A stretch of DNA of 57,635 nucleotides, the filler included, from Squatina squatina (Eukaryota), in assembly GCA_031763465.1 (NCBI GenBank). It is 3 parts of 3 records of this genome, joined end to end, with 100 filler letters (N's around TTAATTAATTAA, not from the genome) between each part and the next. Parts side by side here need not be neighbours in the genome. Positions count along the whole stretch, not along the records: positions 1 to 29,428 come from JARFOE010000234.1; 2 more parts are not named here. One strand, written 5' to 3'. Numbering within the stretch: the first letter of the stretch is position 1; each line of letters begins with the position of its first letter. This document shows, piece by piece, positions 1 to 13,010 of this stretch. The notes under the pieces were generated by a model. The model was not told the origin of the DNA. It did not search any database and worked only from the letters and a program-made list of their open reading frames with translations. A program made the translations under genes and the position numbers.

Positions 1-879
1 ATAGAATAATTATGCTGCCAGCAGAGCTGAAACATGGCATCTCCACCTCCTTTCCTTTGTACAATGATTTAATTGCAGAGGAAACATTTTGTTAACACAC
101 CCACCTACATATTATTCTCAAATGGAGGATTTCACTGGAAAATTAGTTTAAAACAAAGACGTTGTCAGTCTGGCTTCCTTTATTACTATCTTTGTCTAAA
201 GAGTCCCCCCTGCTATAAAATGTCTCTTCTAAGGTACAGCCTCTTTCTCTGCTCGTATTTTAATTAGATGCATTTGTTTCCCCCAAAGACTATTAATATC
301 GAAGCACTGTGTATTATCAAACCCTGTAAACCGAAGGAATCAAATAAATCATCCCCACATTAACATTTCAGCTAAAGCACATGAAAAATTGAGATAAAAA
401 TTAATTAACCACAGACTTAGTTACTGAAACTGGCAGCTCTCTTTATCAAATTGTTATTTAATTATTAGCATTTTAAAGGAAGTTGCAAAGTAGTAAACTG
501 AAGGATTGGGGTTGTATTTTATGGCAGGAATGGTGTTTTAACCAAGACACTGAAATATCTTAAAAGTCTAATGTTATTGTTTCCATGGACATTATTTTAA
601 GCAATATTGGACACAGGACCATTATGGGATGGCATTGAAGCTTAGCTGCTTGAAGGATGAGACCCCTGAAGAACACCGTCAATTAAGCAGCCAAGCTGTG
701 CCTGCTATTGTGTAATAGTAAATTGCTTACTGCTATCTTCAATTCTACTTTAGTTTACAGAATTGACAAGTTCTCTTTGAAGGAATAAAAAGGGGTTTTG
801 CCTCTTGTGTTTTTTTGTTTAATTTGAAAGCTCTTCTGTTTTTGTTACAGGCTACGATGGATGAGAAAGGAAAGAAAAA

Positions 880-1047
880 AATATATAACGCCTTTCACGA
901 CTTCAGGGCATCCCAAAGCACTGTAGAGCCAATGAAGTACCTTTAAAGTGTAGTCACTGTTGTAATATAGGAAATGCTGTAGCAGATTTGTGCCCAGCAT
1001 GGCCCAGCAAACAGCAGTGAAATAAATTTTTTAGGCCCTGGTTGAGG
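880..1047 (-). mobile_element. 3' part of a SacSINE1/DeuSINE-like tRNA SINE
   Basis: The reverse complement has the same tail (tttcctatattacaacagtgactacactttaaaggtacttcattggct) that ends the near-complete copy at 21222-21592. It runs into a gap. Confidence 0.75.
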
Positions 1048-2187
1048 NNNNNNNNNNNNNNNNNNNNNNNNNNNNNNNNNNNNNNNNNNNNNNNNNNNNN
1101 NNNNNNNNNNNNNNNNNNNNNNNNNNNNNNNNNNNNNNNNNNNNNNNTATTTTCTCTCCTGCAGAGACAGGTATTACTTCTAATTCATTCGTAACTTAGC
1201 TAGCTTATTGATCAAAAGTGTTGATGTGAGAGTGGAGACAGCATAAGTTACTGGGCTGCAGAAGAATGAGGGCTCTCAGATACTCTGCAGGTGCAAGTAT
1301 TTAAACAGAGAAGCTATGATATTAAATAGGGGATATAGGTCCATCAAAATCACCAGTCTGAGTGAAATGCTGCCCTGAGGCATGGAAAAACCTCAGACTG
1401 TAAATGTGATAATAAGCTCTCAGTGCTCACTGAGACTGAATTCTTAAAATTACTCTGCATTGCTTCTTCATTGTATCATTGTTACTGATTATTACAAATC
1501 ACTGTTGCTTTCTTTTCATTCTAATTACTACCTAATTATCATTACAAGTACAGACCAAAGACTGCAAAGAAATCAAAAATAATAAAGAAAGTTGGCACAT
1601 TAATTAACAATTCATCAATCAACCAATTATAAGACTCTTTCACTGACAATTCTTTCATATCCCATTCAAACAGTTCCATAATGTGAGGAAGTTGCTGAGA
1701 ATTTGTTGTTTACATTCTCTGGTGGATTCAGAAAACTAGTGGCAACAGTGGAGCAATTGTGCATATGCACAATTACACTTGCATGACTGCTCAGCAACTC
1801 AGGTTTATCACATTTCTGTCCACGGCATTTCACTGATGTCTGGTGGAGCCTGTATACAATAGCAATTTGAGTTTACATTTATGTAATGCTCCTCACGTTA
1901 AAGAACGTATCAGAAATTCTTCTGGGGAAAGTAGGAGAGTGACATGAACTGAAGGGTTTTGGGCAAGGAAGGAAGTGCTCAGTGTTCTGTTCCATCAATG
2001 GAACTTTTCAAACTCCACTAGGCTAGCTCTGATTCCATTCAGCTCTGGATTCAGTTCCCTTGCAGCTGAATAATCGCTGCTTTGCTGNNNNNNNNNNNNN
2101 NNNNNNNNNNNNNNNNNNNNNNNNNNNNNNNNNNNNNNNNNNNNNNNNNNNNNNNNNNNNNNNNNNNNNNNNNNNNNNNNNNNNNNN

Positions 2188-2536
2188 ATCGGCTGGCAAG
2201 AAAGTCAGATGATGGGGAAAAAAATGGCGGCTGCTGGCACAAACCACCTCCCCTTTAAGCAGCGTTGGCAATGACGGGTTCAACTGATCGTTGCCAGCAC
2301 CGCTTGCCTTGCTAACGACACGCGGACAAATTCTGCCTATGTGTTGCTAAAAGGGGTCGCGGGGTGGCGCTATGGGGTTGGTGCTAATGCAGGTTCCGGT
2401 GAAAAGGCCTTATGCGCCTTCGAGGCGCCATCACAAATACACCAAAAAAGGCTTTTTAGGCCTAACGCTGCTTTAGCACCCGGGTAGCGCCACTTTTCGG
2501 TGCTACCATGGGTCTAAACTAGACCAATTGGGCCCC
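2188..2536. mobile_element. Right end of a GC-rich non-autonomous DNA transposon (Harbinger-like MITE)
   Basis: CpG-rich block in AT-rich DNA ending in caattgggcccc. This mirrors the gggtgcccaatt and ggggcctcaatt starts at 23238 and 37707. Confidence 0.5.
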
Positions 2537-3257
2537 AATATATGTAAATTTCTACATTAACATATTCTGAGATACTACAATTGCACCATGGGTAATTCTT
2601 TGTAAAATCTAATCAGAGACTCCATTTATGGAATTGACCTCTTCCCCACTTTTTCACATTGTCATCTTGGCGAGGTTACCTTGAGTTGCTGAAGCAAGAA
2701 TAGCCTGCTTGGAAAGCTCCGCTGATGTACCACTGCAGTTACGAGTAGAACAAATTTCTGCTGCATTAGGTGCTACATTTACTGCACTGAAAAATTCTCG
2801 TGGTTAAAACAGCTTCTTGGGTACAAATGTAATCCTTTTATGGGTGAATTATTAATTGGAAATTACTCAAATAGTTCCAACCACTTTACTTTTCAGTAGT
2901 TCTGTTTATTTTGTTGGTTTGTTCACTTGGCATTTAACCTCCTAGTAATGTAAGCCAAATAACATTCGTCCTTCTGGTAACTTCAGCTTAGTTTTGATTT
3001 GTTTTCACTCTAAGTGGAACAACTGATGATGTGTAATCTCCATCTTCATTGGTCTTGCTTCATAGGATACATTTCTGGATGAGGAAATGCAAATTTCAGG
3101 AATTTCTTAAACACATTTTACACTTAATCTATTCACATCAGTGCAGTGAAGCTTTAGTACTGCTGAAGAATAATTTCCATTTGAAATTGTATATTACCTA
3201 TTTACTACTTTAATTTTAGGAATGTTGATTTATTTATTTTAATGTGCTACAGGATAT

Positions 3258-3699
3258 ATAAGAACATAAGAATCAGGAGCAAGAGTTGGCCATATGGTCC
3301 CTCGAGCCTGCTCTGTTATTTAATAAGATCATGGCTGATCTTCAACCTCAACTCCACTTTCCCGTCCGATCTCTTTTGATTCCCCATGAATCCAAAAATC
3401 TAACTCTGCCTTGAATATACTCAATGATTCAGCATCCACAGCCCTTTGGGGTAGTTAATTCCAAAGATTCACAACCCTTGGAGTGAAGAAATTCCTCCTC
3501 ACCTCAGTCTTAAATGGCCAACCCGTTATCATCCTCAGACTATGCCCCCTAGTTCTAGACTCTCCAGCCAGGGGAAACAACCTCTTAGCCTCTACTCTGC
3601 CAGTCCCCCTCAGAATCTTGTATGTTTCAATGAGATCACTTCTCATTTTTCTGACCCCCAGTGAGTATAGGCCCAATTTACTCGAGCTCTCGTTGTTGG
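3258..3699 (-). mobile_element. CR1 LINE 3' end (ORF2 C-terminus plus 3' UTR)
   Basis: Translates to LGLYSLGVRKMRSDLIETYKILRG...RTRGHSL...FFTPRVVNLWN, a typical CR1 ORF2 C-terminus, with a (ttcttatg)-type tail. Confidence 0.92.
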
Positions 3700-3799
3700 N
3701 NNNNNNNNNNNNNNNNNNNNNNNNNNNNNNNNNNNNNNNNNNNNNNNNNNNNNNNNNNNNNNNNNNNNNNNNNNNNNNNNNNNNNNNNNNNNNNNNNNN

Positions 3800-3908
3800 T
3801 GCTGTTCCAGAAGGTGTCCCACCACCACCTTCTCAAGCACAATTAGGGATGGGCAATAAGTGCTGGACTTGCCAGCGATGTCCACATCCCGTGAACGAAT
3901 AAAAAAAA
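3800..3908 (+). mobile_element. 3' tail of a second CR1-type LINE family
   Basis: caccaccaccttctcaag...aattagggatgggcaataagtgctgg...cacatccc followed by an A-rich end. Family assignment recalled. Confidence 0.6.
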
Positions 3909-6292
3909 CTATATAGCAAATATTATGAAACCATCCTTCAAGGCATCTAGTGTCAATCTCAATATATCATCAATTCAGACTCATATGTGAGTTAAGGGAC
4001 ACCTGTCTATAAAGACCAACTGAAGTTGGGCCCAGGGTGGTTATGTTTTTTTAAACTATGGTATGATTCTTCTGTCGACCTATGAACTATATTCAAGGAC
4101 AACCTCAGAGTCCTTGTCACCAAAGGGAAACTGTATGTTTATTTAAAATATGTTATACTTCATCTCTTGTGTATATAGTATCAACTTAATAAGCTCTGCA
4201 TCTGTAGCTTATTCAGTCAGTCAATCTTCACAAGATATCATTTGTACTCCTGAATCTTTCTCGCCATTTAATTAAATACAGTCTGTGTAGATTGTTGATA
4301 GCTCACATTTATTTTTTTATTTGAATTTATAATCTCATAACAAGATTTTGAATTGCAGGAAAATATTATTACAGCCCTCAACTCGCAAACAGATGGCCCT
4401 GGGTTTACATCCCAAAACTGTTATTTCAATTGGCTGGCAACAATGCAAAGATGTTCGGTTAGTTTGCGGGAGAGCCACTGACACTTTGAAATGAGTAAAG
4501 TGGTACTTAATCCCTGTACAGTACAAACACAGCTTCTGTTAACAAAAGAAATCTATGTCCTTTATTAATTTATTTCACTTATATATTCATTTTATGCATC
4601 ATTTACTGCATAAAGGCATCCAGAAAGCACCCTTGGAATGCTCCCAATAACAACCAAAAACTTACTTTTGCTTATTCCTACCCTACAAACCTTTGTTCTG
4701 CAAGAAACCATTCTAAGATCAAGAAGGGAATGCCAAAATAGTATATAAATTACCAAGCATTACTTTCTTAAATGACCTTCCTTGTTATTCATATAATATT
4801 TTAAATGTTTAAATATCTCATTTAACAGACTTTTTTGGTTTGGGGGGAGTGGGGGTGTGCTAATTATTTCTCCAGAGGAACTAATGCAAATTATTTCCTC
4901 TTTATTATATCTGGACAAATGCACTGCATATAAAGAAGAAAATGACTGCTGGGATCTCCGGTGGATGTAATGCTGACATTAATTATTACATTTTGCTTGC
5001 CCGAGAGCCAGAAATAACACTGTTAAATTCTAATGAGGAACACCAGAAGATTCTAGCGATTNNNNNNNNNNNNNNNNNNNNNNNNNNNNNNNNNNNNNNN
5101 NNNNNNNNNNNNNNNNNNNNNNNNNNNNNNNNNNNNNNNNNNNNNNNNNNNNNNNNNNNNNATAAACTACAGATTATTTGTCAGAAAACCCTGCAACATA
5201 AAGACTCTAAAATTATTCATCTTTGTATTATCATTGTGCATCAAGGGTACTGTCAGTACCTGTACTCACTCCAACTGCTACCAAAAAATAACCAAAGTGC
5301 AACCAAGCCTTCATATAAAATTGGAATACAATTTATTATAGTCAACAACTGATGCAAAAGAATTATCCGAAATTTGCGATCTAATCTTGGGGTTCAGATG
5401 ACAGTCTGAGAGGTGATCTTATAGTTCTTAAACAAGTATAGTGCAAAATCACAGGAAGATTCCAAGAGAGCGAAAATAAAGAAAACAGCTTCGCAAAAAA
5501 AAGAACAGTGCCATTGTAGTTAAAGTCCTGAGAGCAATAGAGAAACAACCCACCAACAGCTACTGAATGCTTATCTTTAGTCTTTGATTTCACTATTTCA
5601 ACAACTGAGATCACAGATATTATATGAACAATGTGAAGATTTGGCATTGATTTATGAACACGTTAATCAGAACATCCTTTTTTTTAAAAAAAACAAATTT
5701 ACTCAATTGCATTTGTTTTAAATATATATTTTTAAATTGATTTATTTCTGTAAATAGATTAATATTATACTACAATACATAAACAATATACAATTCACTA
5801 TGCTCAAGACAAAGCGGGAAGTAATAAAATTGGGATCCGGAGAGTGTATGGCCTAACTTTGACCCAAAGTCTGCAACCCACAGATGTTTACTTTGAAATG
5901 AATAAAAAGACATTATTAAAACGTTCCCACACTAAATCAGTCATTAATAACCAGATTAAGCCAAAGCTGGTGGAATTACTACCATAAAATATGTTTTGTG
6001 TTATTAAAAGAAGTATCTTTGAAAATTCAAGGACCAGTAAGAAAGGTCTGCTTATTGCTACCAAGGTCTTCCTGATCTGTGTTGGTTTAAATGACAGTGA
6101 AACTCCAGCTGCTGCTTCTAATTTTTTTTACATTATATCACTCCATAATGTGACTTAAGATTTACTTCAGATACTCAAGGTCACCCTTTTTGTTTAACTT
6201 TCCTTTAATAGCACTAAAAATATTACAGTAGAAATAGGCATGGATCTGATGTTCTTTGAAAATAGCCATGTGCAAACAGTTTACAGATTCTA

Positions 6293-6532
6293 TGGGGGCC
6301 CGATCAGTGGCGCTACCCGGACACGAAAGCAGCATAAAACAAAAAATTTCTGACCTACGTTATTGGGCCTGGCACCCCGGCACCGCTAAGGCCTCGTTGC
6401 CAGGGATGCCATTGGCGCCAGGGTCGGACGTGCGATGTCAACAAGTCACGCACCTACCCTTCTACACCGGCCCGCAACCCCCCTCTGCGCCGCTGGTGAG
6501 CTGCATCCGGAATTGGAGGGCGGCTCACCAGC
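6293..6532. mobile_element. Left part of a GC-rich MITE
   Basis: Abrupt switch to CpG-rich sequence at gggggcccgat, truncated by a gap. Confidence 0.45.
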
Positions 6533-7882
6533 NNNNNNNNNNNNNNNNNNNNNNNNNNNNNNNNNNNNNNNNNNNNNNNNNNNNNNNNNNNNNNNNNNNN
6601 NNNNNNNNNNNNNNNNNNNNNNNNNNNNNNNNTTCCTTCTGATATTGCCTCCATTTCCTGTGGGACAGTGTCTAGCCTTCTCTCAGTATCTCCCTTAAAT
6701 AGCTGCTGAGAGGTGGAACTCACTGTGTCCTGAATAATGGGAGAGAACCTGTGCTCTACCACTGTGAATCTTTAATTGATAGCTACAGTATTAAAAGGTT
6801 AATGGTAAACAGTAGTTTTCAGCCATAGAGAAATATATTACCTAAGCTGATTAACAAAAAGTGACACAATACATAAACACTATCGTAGAGTGAAGGAAAT
6901 TGGCATCATTCAGGAAAACTGCTAACATTTAGTACTGTTATAATACAGAGACACAATTGTTCACAAAAACAGCTGGTCTGGGAAACATTATAGGCTTTTA
7001 TTTTTCTAATCAATTACTCTGTGTTTTTGAAAATGTGAATGTTTTCCTAAGTGATGCCATTGCTGTCTCTAGGGGAAGTTGTGCGGAGGAACCATGACGT
7101 CTAGGGGTGTGCCGTGAAGCCAGAGTATAGCAGTCGTCGTGATTCAACATGGCATTCACAGTACCAACATAGTTGACAAAGTCCAGGTGTTAATATGCTT
7201 ACAGACCAATATCAATCCAAATTTAGCTAACAGAAGATAGTGGCCAAATCCATGACTACAGAAATGGCAAACAGGCAACTAGGTTATTGTGTTTCACCTA
7301 AATCTTGCATAAANNNNNNNNNNGTTCAATGGGATCCATTTTACACTCGTACTGTTGACATTAAAAACTAAAGTAAACCTTGACATTTTCTTCAAATATT
7401 AATTCATCTTCAGTGCATCACTTTATTTTTATTTGAAAATGCTTAAAAGTTAATTTAAAAATAATTGCTTTGGGGTGAGGATAAATGAATTAAAGCGAAG
7501 ATCACTATCAATGTGAAGTACTTTCCCAAGAAACGGTATAATTTCTGGCTGTCTGCCATTGAGGCAAGTGTTAATTGCCACCTTCCCTGTTCCAGATGCT
7601 GATTGTAGCATTACACCAAGGTCAAACAGTCGGTTCTGTTCAGTGTCCATAACCAAAATGTTGATCAGGGCAAGCTACATGATCGGAATACAACCATAAG
7701 AAGGATGCAGATGTCCGTTTGCCTCTAAGGTGGTTAGGCCGGGTTTTTTTTTTGTCAGGAGACAGGTCTACCATGACTGGCTTCTAATTTACCACAGTTT
7801 AGACTATCTCTTATGTGAGAGGGGAAGTGTTAATCAAGGTGACACTGCCCAAGTGACATACTGTACTTAATAGCTGTGTCAG

Positions 7883-7949
7883 TGTCAGCTGTGGCTCAGT
7901 AGGTAGCACTCTCACCTCTTAGGCAGAAGGTTGTGGGTTCAAGTCCCAC
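7883..7949 (+). mobile_element. tRNA-derived head of a SacSINE1-like SINE
   Basis: A-box-like tggctcagtagg and B-box ggttcaagtcc. Near-identical to the heads at 21222 and 46016. Confidence 0.8.
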
Positions 7950-8752
7950 NNNNNNNNNNNNNNNNNNNNNNNNNNNNNNNNNNNNNNNNNNNNNNNNNNN
8001 NNNNNNNNNNNNNNNNNNNNNNNNNNNNNNNNNNNNNNNNNNNNNNNNNTGGTGATTTATTTCCTTTAAGCCCTTGTGACCTGTCTATTTCCTGCTAATC
8101 AACAATTTTCAGTTGATAAGTGCGTAGAGTTTACACAACAATTATTAATCACCATTTATCAACAACATGGAGCGCACTCATGCCTGCCATAACAGATTAG
8201 GTTTACAAACAAAAATCCTCAAAAATTACTAAGACAAAAAAAATGTATTTGAAATATATAGATATGCAATGTACCCTGCAGTCATTTCAAATCTGTGGTC
8301 TGACCATGTGGCTCAGAAGACAAGTTCAACCTCATCTAAGGCACTCAACAAGACTACCACAATCACTCCTACATAACTGTTATTCTTGATGTAAACCCAT
8401 CAGCAACTGAAGATTTCATACGTCATTAAACTTCAATTTTCCATTAAAAAAATAACTTCCATTTTTTAAATCAAGTAATTTTACAATGGGTAAAAACATA
8501 TCACTGTTATATTCATAAGGGAAACTAACTTGTAGACATCGAGACAAATAGAGATAAAAATTGTTAGTCAGCTGGACCCTGTCCTCATTGATAGGGAAGG
8601 AAATACTTGAAATTATCTTCACGTTTGAGCTTTGGTTTCTATCTGGACCGGTCACTGTTAATTGCTAAACCTCAGACTTTTCACTTAAGCTGGCTCCAGT
8701 CCCTCTATTCATCATCCTCTGTTGATAGAAATGGCTAAACGTCAGGCTGGAT

Positions 8753-8762
8753 GTCACGTGAC
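8753..8762. promoter_or_regulatory. Perfect GTCACGTGAC palindrome (USF/TFE-family E-box, CLEAR consensus)
   Basis: 10-bp palindrome with an intact CpG, followed by TCGCGA and by CTGTCA/TGACAG and CAGGTG motifs within about 70 bp. Confidence 0.3.
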
Positions 8763-9461
8763 CTCGCGACAGTATGTGTGTGGCTCTGTGTTATACTGAC
8801 ACTGCTTAGAAGCTGTCAGCAGGTGACAGCAAGTGTGCTAAATTGCCTGTTTAAAATTCAGTTCACATCGATTTTACAATATAAAAGACATTAATAGTTC
8901 CCACAGTTATCACAAAACATCACTGCTTCATAAGGTTTGGTTGCAGTTTGAGCTTTTTCCCAATGATTTAATGCATGGTAGTAGCAGACAGGCAGTTTTC
9001 ATTGCAAGCAGGGTCTCGTGAACTGAAATCTGTATCGTTAGCATAGAAGCTAGTAAATATCACACATCCAGACTAATATCAGGCTAAAACAAACAGTCTT
9101 ATTTATTCACAAGTATAATACATAGAAGCAGTAAGGCACAGCAAAAAGCAAATATGAGTTAAACAACATAGAATCAGTGCAGAAGAGGTCAGAATACCTT
9201 CTTCTGAACATATGTGTTACCCAATCTGTTAACCTTCAAGACTTCAAGATGAAAGAGACTTTTGTAGACCCCTTGAGGCAAAGTTATATGTAGGCTATTT
9301 GAATGCCAAACCAGAGTCTGGGTGACCCTACAGAACTGAAGATATTGAGAGGAATCTCCAGNNNNNNNNNNNNNNNNNNNNNNNNNNNNNNNNNNNNNNN
9401 NNNNNNNNNNNNNNNNNNNNNNNNNNNNNNNNNNNNNNNNNNNNNNNNNNNNNNNNNNNNN

Positions 9462-9598
9462 GTGAATGACAGACCACAACTTCAGGATTTCTGCATTAGG
9501 CTGCGCATGCGTTAATTCTGAAGACGCAGTCAGTTTCAGAGGCAAAATGATGGCAAACGCTGCCAGTTCGTCATCATCAGGACCACAAATTCCAGGCC
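9462..9598. mobile_element. Right end of a Harbinger-like MITE
   Basis: Ends in caaattccaggcc, similar to taaaatccaggtc at about 26219-26231. Begins at a gap. Confidence 0.45.
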
Positions 9599-10994
9599 AT
9601 TGTTTTTGCAGAAGAGGGGTTCACTCTGGATCTGGCTGTACTATCACTGGCTTAGGGAGAGCTTAGTGTTGATCATTTCACAGTCTTTACTTCTCTCACT
9701 TTGATGTGAATAAAAATTCAATTAAAAAAAAAAGTTAGATATCTGGAAAAATACTAAGCATCCTGATTCAAACCCAGAAATGTAATTTCTGCACCTTTGA
9801 TATAATCTACAAAATATTCTTTAAAAGTTATTGAGAAAGATCCTTTAAATTTTACAAAAGTTAATCCTATATAAAAGTTATTCCTTACAAATTAAGCTGC
9901 TTTTTGCAACTCCACATCTCCAGCATCAGCAACTTTACTTAAAAACAAAACTCAAGCTTTTAATTTTAGAAGTCTCCCCAAACTTAATCAATAAAACTTC
10001 AACCCTGCCACTTGCATTACTAAAGCAGCATTCAAAAACTGGTTCCTTTCCACTGCTTCAAAGCTGCTACTTCAGCACTTAGCAATAATAAGTTTGTATT
10101 TCATTCAGTGAGCAACGAAATCTGGATTGTCTTAAGAATAAAAGCAACTTTCTATACCCCTTAATTTATGTGGCTAGAATTCAAGACAGAAAAAAACCCA
10201 CTGTATTTAAATGATCAAAGTGCCAGAACTTCCTCTGGTTTAATCCTCAAGGGCTATCTTGTTCCTTTTTAGTTCCTGATAACCTACACCCACTGCCTAT
10301 TTTCACAAAGAGCAAATGTTCTGTCCTCTTAACCTTGTATGTCACTTTGATAGATATGGCATATGTTCTTTTTATATGTGCTAACACCAATTTCTAACAT
10401 CTTAAAAAGACAACTTGCCTGCAGAGTCAGGTCAACTTCAAGCATTCAGTGCATGTTATGACTGGACTTACAGCTGCTTTTTAAATTCAGATTTTGCTTG
10501 CCCATGAATTTGAGGTTCAATTATAGGTTACAGTAAATTCCTATTCACAAAATAAGGATTTACAGATACCATAGACAATCTACATATATTTTGTTTTTGT
10601 ACCGCAGGTGTGAATTGAAAGTCAGTGGTTTAATTTTCCGGTGAGATTGCTTTATACCAGTTTGTTGTGCCACCAGACAAGAATCAGATCCAGAGATGGT
10701 CCTCGACTCCCATCAGCTCCCCTCCTTCCCACCATCTCCATTCTCCCATCTACCTGCTCTCTTCTACCTCCATTCTCTCTCCTAATGCACACCATTTCTA
10801 TTCTTCCACTCAATGATCACAACTTTTCCAGATGCTTTCCTGTCCCTGTCTCCAGTCTCTCACTCACTCTTGCCTGCCACTTAGCAGTATTTCTTATCCA
10901 TGGTTATCAACTATCCTAGAAGGTTGAAGCTCTGCAAATGTATAGTGTGCTTCATTTCAAACACATCTCTTAAGATTTAGTAAAATAAACCTCT

Positions 10995-11169
10995 CTTCTC
11001 TTAGGCAGTCCCTCGGGTTCGAGGGTGACTTGCTTCCATTCCAGAGTTGTGGGTTCTGAGGTGGCTGAAAAGTCCGATGCGGGATCTGCAAACACGACCA
11101 TAGGTGGGACAGGTGGTGTTTGATGGGGCGAGTGGATGGGATGCTCGTGTTTCTGTGTGCTCCTTCCAC
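10995..11169 (-). mobile_element. RTE-clade LINE 3' end
   Basis: The - strand encodes TTCPTYGRVCRSRIGLFSHLRTH, a degenerate C-terminal C2H2-like motif typical of RTE ORFs, followed by a short 3' UTR. Confidence 0.8.
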
Positions 11170-12295
11170 NNNNNNNNNNNNNNNNNNNNNNNNNNNNNNN
11201 NNNNNNNNNNNNNNNNNNNNNNNNNNNNNNNNNNNNNNNNNNNNNNNNNNNNNNNNNNNNNNNNNNNNNGTTCATTAAAATGGGACTTCGACTGTCTCCC
11301 AAATTCCAAATATGATTACAAGTATTCAAGAAACATTTGGGCTGAGCTGATGAGTGGTATTTAAGACCCAAGTAGCTGCTTTGTACTTTAGAAAGGTGCT
11401 GGACATGATTATTACAGCTAGTGTTTCACTGGGTGCACCATTATGCAATCAATACAGCATGTACCATCACATATACAACAAAGAGTAAAATATCCGGTTA
11501 ACTAGTATGCTTCAAATCATAAACATCGTAAGTGATTTTCAGCTTATCTGTGACTGCTGCAAAAACAGTCGTTTCGAGGCAATAATTTCAAATTGTGCAG
11601 TTTATTTAGCAAACACAATAAATACAGCATTGATATAATCTCTACTTTCTTTTTTCAGTGTAACTGAATCATTCCATAACTGAGAGATTGGAGCACAATA
11701 CTCCTTGTAATAAATAGCATTTTCTATGTCTTTAACTTGCTTTACAATAATACTGTGAGCATTTCTTGTGAACTTTTACTGGAACAGTATCAGCAAAATG
11801 AAATGCTCCATAGCAGTGGCATTTAAATCAAGACTTGAAACAAGACCAGTGCACCCACAGTTAGACAAAGTAGTACGACCAAAAGTAGTTTTTCCCCAGG
11901 AAAGAAACAATCAAATGTCCATGAGTTAAATCTGGAGAGATTTCCTTTAATATGTTACAGTAATTGTGAAATCGTGAGGATTTTCAATTCGATTCCAACT
12001 GCTTGTGCCTCTTGGCAAACATATGAAGGTCTACTTTACAAAGTAGTCTCTATAGACACAATGTGCATCTTAACAACTGATTTTATTGTCCATCTGGATT
12101 TGAAATACCTTTATTTTCGCAGAATTGATGCTGAAATACAAGGTGGCATAATGGAAAACCATAGAAGCATTCTTGCGTAACTTTTCTCATTAATTTGTCC
12201 CACTAGAGAAAATTGCCTGACAGCACTGATACAAAACACAGAATATTTAACAAAATGTCTGCAGTGACTTAAGCACCAGATTATAATTTAAATTA

Positions 12296-13010
12296 TATTG
12301 GGAACAGGAGTAGACCATTCAGCCCCTTGATTCTGCCCCACCATTCAATTAAGATCATGGCTGGTCTGCACCTCAAATCCATTTGCTCTACATTCTTTGA
12401 TATCCTTAAACAAAAATCTATCAATCTAAGTCTTGGAAGCTCCAAATGAACCCCAGAATCCACAGCCTTTCGGGGAGGCAATTCTAGATTTCCACTGCCC
12501 TGTGTGTGAATAAGTGCTTCCTGATTTTGCTCTTGAAAGGCACTAATGTTAAGATTGTGTCTTCTCATTCTTGATTCCCACATCAGAGGAAATAGTTTTT
12601 CTGTATCTACCTTATCAAAATCCTTTATCATTGTAAAGACCTCGATTAGATCGCCTTAACCTTCTAAATTCAAGTAAATACATAACAAGTTTATGTAACC
12701 TGTCCTCATAATATAAACCATTGAGCTCTGGTATCATTCTGGTGAATGTGTTCCGAGCTCTTTCTCCAAGTTCAATATATCTTTTCTGAGGTTCACTGCA
12801 CAAATCTAAATGCAGTATTCCAGATAAGATCTGATACAACTGAAACATTACTTGCATTTTCCAAACCCTTTGAGATAAAGACCAACATTCGAGATGCCTT
12901 TTTGATTAGTTTTTGAGCCTATGCTCTAGCTTTTATTGATTTGTGTACATGAACACCTAAATCCCTTGGCTTCTCCACAGTTTCTAATCTCTTACCATTT
13001 GGAAAATATT
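12296..13010 (-). mobile_element. Decayed CR1 LINE 3' region
   Basis: Frameshifted fragments NGKRLETVEKPRDLGVHVHKS, FTRMIPELNGLYYEDRLHKL and IKDFDKVDTEKLFPL, plus a CR1 3' UTR. Confidence 0.9.

Noticed and set aside
7070-7190. CpG-containing block after a possible acceptor
   Set aside because: All three + frames stop quickly, and the open - frame has no start or acceptor.
7883-7949. Possible tRNA gene (also 21222 and 46016)
   Set aside because: The A and B boxes belong to SINE heads; the longer copies continue directly into SINE body sequence.
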